Part shown: positions 13,501-23,800 of the stretch, in pieces
Numbering within the stretch: the stretch's first letter is position 1
Layout of the letters: each line of letters starts with the position of its first letter
Assembly: GCF_947568905.1 (NCBI RefSeq)
Contig: NC_079168.1
Location: 89,776,001 to 89,840,000 of the forward strand
Length of the DNA: 64,000 nt
Direction: 5' to 3'
Origin: Ostrea edulis
Taxonomy: Eukaryota
Notes under the pieces: model-generated
What the model was told of the DNA's origin: nothing
What the model saw: the letters and a program-made list of their open reading frames with translations, nothing else
Database searches by the model: none
Translations under genes and position numbers: made by a program

Positions 13501-16236
13501 AATTTAGACATGGTCATTTGATCAACTCCACTGCCCCTATTCTCCTTTTTACCAATCTCGACTTCCACATCAGTTTGTCCAAAATTTTCCCTGAAATCAA
13601 TAAACAATTTAAAATAAGTATCATCATCATGAACTCTATGGTACTTTTGAATTCTTAATTATAACCACTAAATTTCATGTACATGTATGTAAATGAAATA
13701 CACCAATCTAATTAAAATTAGAACCCTTGATCCACTCACTTACATCAGATCAAAGGATCTAACCTTAATTAGATTGAATATTACACTATTGTAACACTGG
13801 TTTCCCATTTTTGAAGTCTATTTTTTTCAGTGATTAGTCACAGTCTTAATGGAAAACATTTTTGAATACTGGCCATTTAGGCCTCTGTTTCTGAACTGTT
13901 TACTAGATAAAGGAGACACAGTCCAGATCATATAAAAGTATATAAAGAAGAGAGTGTTCAAGAGTATTATATAGGTTTATACAAATTTATTAGTTAAAGT
14001 GTGATAGTAAACATTCTGATTAATTGGGCGTGGGCTTCGGGCCAGTGAATAATTTCGAAGACTTAATCAGAGCTCCAGATAAGGTGCGTATCAGCGTAAA
14101 TACTCATTAAATTTTACCAAATACGCATTTAAGTTGAAAATCATGCGTAAAATTATGCATTCGCGAATGTAAATACGCTATACACTCCCAAAGTAATGCG
14201 TATTTGCAATACATGTAGTATAATATAAATACGAATTATCTATTAATACGAATTAATTGAGGTTAGCCCAGGGCTTGATCATACATGAAATTTAGCTATG
14301 AAATACGTTTTCATGACAATCACAATTTTGAAAAATTGGAAGAGTTAACTCAAAACACTATTATATAGGCCTACTTGTTATACTTGCTGTTTCAACAAAG
14401 GTGAATACTTTATAGACCCATTTCATGACCATAGGGTCAGTGAAAATGTAGACAGAGCCTAATCTAAACAGATGTTATTTACCTGGAGTGGCCAGGGTCT
14501 ACCAAGGTGTTAATTGCTATATCCCATGGCACTCAAAGAAATACACAGAGACAGAACATGGTAGAAATCTACCTGTCCATGCTTTTTTATAGTTTTGATA
14601 TACACATGACCTGTCTCAGGGACCTCTGCAGAGTTTCTGTGGTCATAGTGTTTGAATAATGGTTGTATTCCTAAGGGTAGCTGACACACATTCTACACAC
14701 ACACCCTCTTTCTCTCTCTCTGTCATTGACTCAATGAACAATTTCTGTTATAAATATAGAGGTATCATAAATTGATGACATAACTTATTTCAATAAGTTA
14801 CACAAGTTTTAGAAATTATTGTGCAAATTATTAATTGATTTCTGATTGTGTAATTTATAATACATGTACAGGTATATAGAGGGGAAAAAATTACAATTAT
14901 ATTGAAATTGCATTGTTCAGGGGCCTTTTTAAAAACAATTGAATTACAAGAAAATAGCAGTTGTGGACAGGTCATTGCTATCAAAACTCAGGTATACTGG
15001 GCTTCCTCAAGATCTAAAGAATGCCTGTAGATACTGGCTGTTATTGTTACCTCTCTGGGGTAGCCCTAGACCACTGTCTGCAGATGTTACTCCACCTGAG
15101 ATCTATTGTTAAATGTTTGATTGACAGGCAGCTTACAATTCTGGGGTGTCAACTTAAAAATGGGTCTTTAATTCTTCTAGATGTTTACTTATGTTTATTA
15201 ACAAAAAATGACCAATTAAAAATCACAACCTTACAATATAGATATTTTATATATATATATATATATATATAAAAACCCTGTAATCACATGGTAATATACG
15301 ATAGCATCAAGGATTGCTAGCAATACTCAATATATAAACTTAACTTTTCTTCTATATATAGAAAAAGAAATCAATCAAAATATCGATCACACTCTACAAT
15401 CAAGAAATTTATGTTCTGGAACAGACAATTGTTTTAAAATATTTTTGCATTAAAATCACAGTTTATTTCAGAGTAATCTTTAAGATGCTTGACTGATGAC
15501 ACAATAAAGTGTACAGTCAATGAAATTTTTGCTAACTGCAAACATGATCAGCTGATTTGTTCATATGATAGTAATTAACAGCTGAATAATTATAAGTTTA
15601 CAGTGTTTTGCATGCACAATGTTCAAATTTAACTACAGGGTTTTGACATATATATATAGCTTATGAGTCAATGATGCACACTATATCGTAAAAACCCTGA
15701 CAACAATCTCTGCATTAAGTACATCTAAAACATATACAGCTGTAACGGGAAGGGAGAAAATGCAACGGACCAGACTGGGATTCAAACTGGGGCCCCCTGA
15801 ATCTCTAGTCAGGTGCTCTACCAACTGAATTATCTGGTCATTGGTGATCAAACCTGACTTCATTAGTTTTCCTTGTTCGCAAAAAATGTAATATATGTGT
15901 CAACATAATTACAGCAATATAAAATTGGTGGAAAACAACAACCCCCCACATTCCCATCATACTTCTATTGTTTGACAACCTGAGATACTGATCAGTCCAG
16001 AGACGGTAGGCTGGAATATTGTCTGTCTCCAGCACCTTCTTCATCACTAGAGGCTGTCCATTCTTTACAAATTCCTGGTGGAAAACCCATGGGGAGGGAA
16101 ATTTTCCGGTCACTGGTATGCCACCAATAGGTTTCTGGTGGCTTCCAAGGGGCTTTAAGTGTCCTGGGAGACCACTCTCACTCTCACATGATGCGACTGC
16201 AAGCAGTGCAAAAAGAAGAAAGCAGCTGTTCATCAT
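7542..16236 (-). CDS. Secretory-pathway JmjC (Cupin_8-type) 2-oxoglutarate/Fe(II) dioxygenase with EF-hand and C-terminal HEEL, 460 aa; exons 16236-15980, 13590-13439, 12748-12579, 9187-9027, 8763-8596, 8263-8146, 7898-7542
   Basis: Seven GT-AG exons sum to 1383 nt with consistent phases. The product has a signal peptide (MMNSCFLLFALLAVASC), WFSSGGTKSHLHRDLLDNINCLLDGKK (HxD, 2OG-binding N and K), GDCLFIPYKWLHFV (third His), AVNFW, an EF-hand loop DTDGNKVLTWEE, and ends NQHEEL*. Confidence 0.92.
9462..9850. mobile_element. Non-autonomous DNA transposon fragment with an internal inverted repeat
   Basis: Begins ttaaagagacat...gacacgatttg. gtaaacagggctcgtgccatggttttgtttacat (~9618-9651) pairs imperfectly with atgtaaacaaaaacatggcatgagccttgtttac (~9805-9838). 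Family not determined. Confidence 0.4.
10005..10895 (+). mobile_element. 5'-truncated CR1/L2-group LINE (3' end of ORF2, frameshifted) with 3' UTR and (TAT)n tail, in intron 3 of the JmjC gene
   Basis: ORFs 10014-10322 (AKLLGVQIDECLTWSVHID...IFPHFNYCCTVW) and 10319-10675 (LKWMPV...KRSFKVSSTILWNQLP...SFKSAY) are typical of the C-terminal part of LINE ORF2. They are followed by aataaaagaatttattattattattatta. Confidence 0.88.
10955..12130 (+). mobile_element. Stacked pearl/HINE-like elements (partial satellite core, one long copy 11176-12075, start of another at 12071)
   Basis: Family start motif acaagaggccca(c/t)aggcc...tcacc(t/c)gag occurs at ~11178 and ~12072. An internal motif ggggtcagaaccc...atttacaatttt occurs three times. 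Homologous to 1945-2367. Confidence 0.75.
15740..15860 (-). mobile_element. tRNA-derived SINE-like unit (same family as 6605-6985)
   Basis: Minus strand: gaccagataattcagttggtagagcacctgactagagattcagggggccccagtttgaatcccagtctggtccgttgcattttctcccttcccgttac. Confidence 0.75.
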
Positions 16237-16239
16237 ATC

Positions 16240-17000
16240 CTGAAAAAGAGCAGTTTTATAACACTCGGGAAAGGTATAGCTGAATAGTACTTCTTAAGAT
16301 CAATTTAAGTGGCTGAACATAAATTGAGAGCAAATGTATCAATTTTTCTATGAGTCTAAATAATCCACAGTGCATAAACTAAAGGGTTTCTCAACACGTG
16401 TACATATATATTTTCTTTTTGAACTCTTTCCAAGTCGGATTGAAAACAAAAAAAAAATCAAAACGATGCCTAAATATTACGTGAATGCTTCGGGTTATTC
16501 GACCAGCCACACAATCCCTCCCCCACGAAACTAAATAAACTTAATTTCAAATAAAATATAAAATAGTTCTAGCTTATACCTTCGATTTTGTGCCGACTTG
16601 CCCTCCAGCCAGTCGGGGCTTCGATCCAAAACAAGTGCTCCACTTCCTGTACAAAGAGCTCTATATAGGCCTAGCAAGTGACAAGCGTTGTACTATACTG
16701 TGGTCCTTGTATTTCAGTTATCGATGATTTAATTACCATAATATGTTATTTCTGTACATATGTAGCAACCTTACATTGTAAATTGCTTGACAGCTTCTCA
16801 ACGCTACACCGGCGATCAGAGATAAACATGCCGTATTGTTTACATCGAGCTTCGGGAGTTATCCATATACATCATAGAAAACTACCGAGAAGAAATATTT
16901 TCGGAAGATGCACGGAAAGTCGAAATACGAATTGCATTGTGGGGTCAACCACGTGACCTAAATATGGTGAAGCGAGAAAACTCAGAAAGTGAGAACGCCT
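16240..17000. promoter_or_regulatory. Probable bidirectional promoter region between the JmjC gene (-) and the ZNF gene (+), including a non-coding first exon of the JmjC gene ending at 16580
   Basis: An acceptor tctttttcag lies 3 nt upstream of the JmjC ATG and a minus-strand donor gaag|gtataag lies at 16580. The region is locally CpG-rich, with an ETS-like cacttcctgt (16641-16650) and an E-box cacgtgac (16950-16957). Confidence 0.5.
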
Positions 17001-18655
17001 TGAAGAATCAAAGGCAATAGAAGAGGTAGAATCATAAGTATATAGATTGATCAGAAATTGTGATTTTCATAATTCATACATCAGTAAACCCAGTTCAGAT
17101 AAATTTGATGTTGACAGGATAGTGGGCAATTGCCCAACCCTGCAAGTGCATACATATATTTGGTCTTTAAGGCTGATGGGAAATTGATGCATTGAGATGT
17201 ATGCAAATTTTGTAATGCTTTCATTCGGTAGCATATGGCATACATTGCTGGATGAATATCGATGTCGCTTTTGTACATGTATGCAGGGTGAATCTCGCAG
17301 ATGCATGCATGTCTACGAAATAAAATATACTGAGGTTTATGATGTATATAATACGCAAGCTAAATAGAATGTTCTATTGATACAAGGAGGAATATGTACT
17401 ACATCGTCATATTGGTTGACTTCCTTTGAAACTTGAATAAAAATATAAATATCAGCAATTTATTGCGAATCGATCCTTTTAAATATGATAAATCGCGTAG
17501 TTGGGTAAGCTCAATCAATCCGCAATTTCCAAGTTGCCCAATAGTTTTTTCCCTTTGTCAAACTCTTACGCACTGTAAGACACTGTAAGACACAAAACAT
17601 ACTTTTGTCCACATTGAGCAGGGGGGGGTGTCCTAATTGTATGATAAAACAGAATGTCTTCATAGTCTGATAGAATAACTTTAAAAACATATTAATCCCA
17701 TTAATTACAAGAAAAGTTCTTGTGCTGGATGTGCATATAGGTTTTTCCCTTCACAGTTCTTAATTCTTGCGATTGATGCTTGAATATATCGGTCAGATTT
17801 GGCTAATTTAGTACCTTCTCTCCCTCACATATAGTTAAATAAGTTCGTCTGTGTTCTTGTAAGAATAATCAAATCCTAAATTTTACTTTAAAATTTTAAT
17901 CAGTGTTGTGGTTTGCAGTCGGTTATAATATGTATTCGATACCATAATTTATATTACGTATGCCTAAGTAATGTGTTTACATTATGTTGTCCCGGTAGCA
18001 CGACTTTACGCGCCTTTAATTTGAAGAGTTCCACTAATGGAAATGATAAGTATTAACGGTCCCACCGTAAAACATATTATTATAATCAGTTATCCTGACC
18101 TTATTTTATGGATAAAACTATAAATTTGGGACATAATCAGTAAAATAAAAAGGGAATTGAAAAAGGCATTAAAAGAGTAATTAGTAGGTTGATGTGTGTA
18201 TTTGAAGTGAAATTGCTTGTGAGTCATGATGAAAGGGATTGTTTGAAAATTCCAGGTCACAAGAGTATATGTTGAAATTTCTTCTAGTACTCTGTAGAGT
18301 TTTAGCAGCTCTAATCTTTAATAAATTAGATCACATATATTTGTAGAGCCGGTAATATTTGATCAGAAAATGTGAAAAGATGCATACATTTATGATTCGA
18401 TTTGAGATCTACTTTTAGATAAAGTTTATTTTATGTTCGTGTCTTATCTCGTGTATAAGTTAAGTGGCAGTCGGAAAAATAGATTTTTGCGATTTATGTG
18501 CCAATCCAATATGTTTTAAGAATAGATTCTTCTTCTATATTCATTCTGTACCTGTACAACAAATAAAGGAAGTGTCTAGTTCTAATTACACTGGGTGACT
18601 GCATGTTTTTGTTCACCAGCAAAAGCATGATTAGGTATTTAAGCTCAAAATCATT

Positions 18656-18811
18656 NNNNNNNNNNNNNNNNNNNNNNNNNNNNNNNNNNNNNNNNNNNNN
18701 NNNNNNNNNNNNNNNNNNNNNNNNNNNNNNNNNNNNNNNNNNNNNNNNNNNNNNNNNNNNNNNNNNNNNNNNNNNNNNNNNNNNNNNNNNNNNNNNNNNN
18801 NNNNNNNNNNN
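18656..18811. other. Assembly gap (156 N)
   Basis: Run of N. Confidence 1.
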
Positions 18812-19867
18812 CCAATTTTGGGCCCAGAGGGCATAACAGTAAGACAGTTTATAAAGAAGGAAATTCAAAAAAGAAAGAAAGTTTACAACATTAACTACAG
18901 GTTACATAGACTGCAAACTGCATGTGGATGCAGCATGTTGGGGAAACAAGTACATACATATATGAATTGCTAATCATGTATATATACAAGTAAATGGACA
19001 GTATCAGTATTATACCAACATATGAATAATAAACTATAATGATTTTTGCAGTTTTAAAGCATCACTTCTTTTTCTGAAAGTTTGCACTAAATATTCACTC
19101 AATTTGACAATTACTGGTTTGTCTTCATTAATCCTCAACCAAGTAAATTTGTCCTTATTTGTTAGATAGATAAAATTTTTGTTGAGCTTGTATATACCAT
19201 TAAAAAACATATTTCTCTCTTCAACATAGAGAGAAATATGTTTTTTAATGGTATATACAAGCTCAACAAAATTTTTTATATATATACACATGTGTGTGGT
19301 TTTACTTTTGCCAATGAATGAGGTCTTAAAGCACAAAATGATTAAGTGGGACAAGTTATCAAATTGATATTCTAGTTACATCGTAATTACACCTGTTGAT
19401 ACACAGTACACAATTGTCTGATACTTCACATACTGACATGCTATATATTGATTTGTATCATGTATGAAATCATTGAAAATTCAATTTTACAGGTCACTGC
19501 ACAAACTTGGCTCACACGACGACCCATTCCATTTATGCCTTGAATGTAAATTGAAACCTTAGTAACTGTCACCATGGTAAGGCAACTGGATAACATATAG
19601 TTTGAACAATAGATGGTAGCTATTGGATGAATGGAGGATTGATTGAAATAGTCAAGCAAACAAATATTGAATATGTGGTTTCATTTCAATAATTTTACAA
19701 ATTACACTATGTATAAATATAACACACGAGTCTAAACATTGTACAGGTGTGATATTTTTAAAACATTCTCCGAGTACTCTTTGCCATTATCATATGATCT
19801 AATACCTGTGGAATCTTTTGGAAATTTCAAAATTTGGTATCTAGAAATATCTGTATGGAGGGAAGTT

Positions 19868-20460
19868 TGCATAATGACCCAATAGCTTAGTCACTTCCCA
19901 GATTACAAGTTCATAATGACCCAATACCATGGTCACTTCTCCGACTAAATGTTTTCTCTAGTCCAGTCATGATTTTGACCCAATACTTTAGTCACTTCCC
20001 AGACTACAATTTCATAATGACCCAATAGCTTAGTTATACTTACCCGACTACAAGTTCATAATGACCTAATACCTTAGTCACTTCCCAGATTACAATTTCA
20101 TAATGACCCAATAGCTTAGTTATACTTACCCGACTACAAGTTCATAATGACCTAATACCTTAGTCACTTCCCAGATTACAATTTCATAATGACCCAATAG
20201 CTTAGTTACTTACTCGACTACAAGTTCATAATGACCTAATACCTTAGTTAAACTTACCCGACTACAAGTTCATAATGACCCAATAGCTTAGTTATACTTA
20301 CCCGACTACAAGTTCATAATGACCTAATACCTTAGTCAATTCCCAGATTACAATTTCATAATGACCTAATACCGTGGTCACATCCCCGACTACAATTTCA
20401 TAATGACCTAATACCTTAGTCACTTCCCCGACTTCAAGTTTTCTCTAGTCCAGTCATGAT
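19868..20460. repeat. Minisatellite of 42/44-bp units (cataatgacc...ttag...actacaagtt), ~13 units, partly a 42+44 dimer
   Basis: cataatgac recurs at 20057, 20099, 20143, 20185, 20227, 20271, 20315, 20357 and 20399. ttttctctagtccagtcatgat is repeated at ~19952 and ~20439. Confidence 0.92.
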
Positions 20461-20808
20461 AATGGGATTTCATTAAGAGTGTATTTAATATTTGTTACAG
20501 TCATCCTTTAACCAGTTAGAAGAAGCTTCACTTCTCCTTGGACTGCAGACTGAAAAAATTCTACCTTCACAGACCAAAATGGTACAACTTCAAACCATGC
20601 CCCGTAGACATGTAGATACTGATTTTCAATGTTTCTTGCATAGTATATTTTTAAACAGATGCAAACAGCTTGTAGTATGTTAGACTGATTCAAATATTAC
20701 GAGTAATCTTTACCAAAATATGTTTCTTTATGCATTGTTTCACGTAAGAATCTCATAGGAAATTCTATAATTGATATTATTTATTTTTTTTTATGTTAAA
20801 TTAAAAAG

Positions 20809-23800
20809 GGAGACGATGTTGCTGATCTTAAACATGGAAAACAGGAGAATGGTACAATGTGTAGTGGGTCTATGTCTGCAGATCCTGACAGTGAAGACAA
20901 TGTAGGACTTAATTCTACCCCAAACAACACTCTGGATGAAGCGCCGGAGGACAAGCACAAACAGTTAAACACACCAGCTTTATCAGAAATCACCCACAGA
21001 AGGGCAAAAGACCAGTCAACAGATGAAGACATGATGGTGGACCCAGAGGAGCGCAATGATCACCAACCAAAATCTCAGCTGGAGAAAAAAGGTGGATGTG
21101 ATGAGAATGCCAGTGTAGTTATGGAAACTATGCAAATGCCTCAGTCAGAACAGGAGAGTGAGACCCAGATTACAGAAAGTAATTCAGTGGAGATGTGTGA
21201 AGAACCTAAAAATAGCGCTGCTGAAATCTGTGCATCAGAATTACCTGATCCATCAGACACTGATACACAGGTATCAGAGGAAGATCAGCTGTCTCACTCT
21301 CCTGACACATGCTCTCAAGAAAACTCTTTTGATAATGGGATGGATAGGTGTAAAAGTTCTCCCGGTGTCATTTCATTTGAAAACATGGACAGTACAGAGG
21401 AATCTGACCAACATGAAGCCATGAAAGGCACTGACGTATGTTTGTCTGAACAGATAGAAGTGGACGGAAATCATGATGAGTTAGAAAATCTGGAAATGTC
21501 ACAAGGTGGCAGCACTGAAAAAGTAGTATCAGAGAGCATCAGCAAGGAAAATGAAAGTTCTCCTCAGCTGCAGAGAATGAGATCTGTGGCATTTGGTGAG
21601 GAAGAAAGTCTGAATGAAAGCATTGATGAGGACAGTGATGGAAGGCTATTCATAGATACAGAGATAGAGTCAGGGGATGCAGATGATGAAGATTTGTCCA
21701 GAAGGGGGGAAAAACAGTATACTGATTCTCCACTAGCGGCAAGAAAGTTACCAGGTCAACAGATCAGAGAATCTCCACTGGCGGCTGAAAAAATACCAAG
21801 TCAACAGGTCACAGAATCTCCACTGGCGGCTGAAAAAATACCAAGTCAACAGGTCACAGAATCTCCACTGGCGGCTGAAAAAATACCAAGTCAACAGGTC
21901 ACAGAATCTCCACTGGCGGCTGAAAAAATACCAAGTCAACAGGTCACAGAATCTCCACTGGCGGCTGAAAAAATACCAAGTCAACAGATCACAGAATCTC
22001 CACTGGCGGCTGAAAAAATACCAAGTAAACTGAACAGAAAAACTCCACTGGAAGCCGAAATTTTACCAAGTCAACAGATCAGAGAGCGTCCACTGGCAGT
22101 AGAAAAAATACAAAGTTTACAGAAAGACATCCCAGGGTCAGTGTCTACAGAGCATTCCGGAATGGAGGTATTAACTACAGAAAATTCTGGCATGTTAATT
22201 TCAGACAAAGATGCGATGTTACAAAGTGTGAGTCAGAATTCAAGCAGATCTGAACCATCGAGAACAACAGGGAGCCAGATGGAGGTGAGTGAAACCAGTG
22301 ATACAGAGATAACTGATGGAGGCCCTACAATCACCACCACGCGGACTCCAATGGGAGCTGTCATCAAAGTCGAGCAGATTGATGAGGGATATAGTGATTC
22401 ACAGACAGGAGATATTCTTGATATACTTCATAAATCTAAAAGAGCATCCACTCAGGGCACTGAACAACAGAAGCGTAAACTTGATGATATGAATGATAAA
22501 GATGCTGTGCAGCCATTGTCCTTTAATGCAAAAGACATTGCAAAAAGAGTGAAAAAAGAACCAGTAGATATTTTTGAATCCCCGAAGTCAAATTGTTCTA
22601 TGAATGTTTCACCTGTAACAGGTTTTTTACCAGGCTCATCGTTCAGGCCCCGGGGACCTACAACAGGGGTCGTCAGCAATAGTTTGCTTCAACTCAGTAA
22701 ACAGGTAGACAGCATCACAACACAACAAAACCAACAGACAGCTCCATCTTTATGTGCTGTCAGTTCCGCTGCTCATCTTCAACCACCATCCCCTCTTTTG
22801 CGTCATCAGCTGAACTCAGGGATAAGATTTCCACCAAGGGTTTCTCGTATATCTATTCCTTTTGTAAGGGCACAGAGGCCAGCAATTACACAGTCTGAAC
22901 CTAGGATGAGGCCGTCCATTTCCCGAGCACTAAGCAACTCCTCAACAACTGTAAGCAATGCAGGGAGAGCAACACAGGGTCAGTCAGTCATGCTCACCCC
23001 ACAGACTAAAACAGTGCCTTCTCTGATGAACTCCACATCCACTTTCAGATACAGACTTGTTCCACATGCTGGAGGTCAGAGTTTAGTGACTGTACCCAGT
23101 GTTACCAAACCAGCAACCACTGTTTCTTCTGCAAGTAGTAGTAAGGTTCCATCCACTCCCTCGAATGAAGCCATGTCTTCATGTTCTATCAACATTGACA
23201 CAGTGGGAATGCAGACCATTACAGAACTGATTGCACGGAAAAATCCATTGCCAAACTACAAAATTACACCAGCTCCATCAGAAATAAAAGTTAATAATTC
23301 TGTGTTTACATGCTATGAGTGTGGAGATACATTTCGATTTTCCACAAGCTTGGAGACCCATCGTGGAAGATGCAGCATGAAAATAACTTACAAATGTGAG
23401 GAATGCAAAAGTATGAAAATATTTTTTAACAAATGTCAGTTTTTAAGTCATTTGAGAGGTCATTTGAACATCGAAAAAACACAGGCGGTCCCAATTCACA
23501 TCAAATCAGATTCAATCTCTATTGAGCCATTGTCTAAATCTCACCAGCAAGTGTTCTTTCAGAAGTTCTCAGTTTCCAAAAAGACAAATAACCAAAAAGC
23601 CAGTAGGAGATGTGCAGAGTGTGGAACTACCTGTAGTCAAGCAGAATTTGAAAAACATTTCCTTGGAGACAAAAAGGCAATTGGAGGTTTAGCTGGTGGA
23701 AAATGGAGATGTGTTCATTGCAAACTTTATTTTCCCTCCATTTGTGCACAGAGGGCTCATGCTAGGTTACACAAGGAGGAAGAGCTGGACAAAAAGTTCA

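Noticed and set aside
14075-14290. cagagctccagataag...: resembles one end of a hAT-like MITE
   Set aside because: No matching opposite terminus or TSD found.
18494-18868. ORFs spanning the N gap
   Set aside because: Open only because of the Ns.
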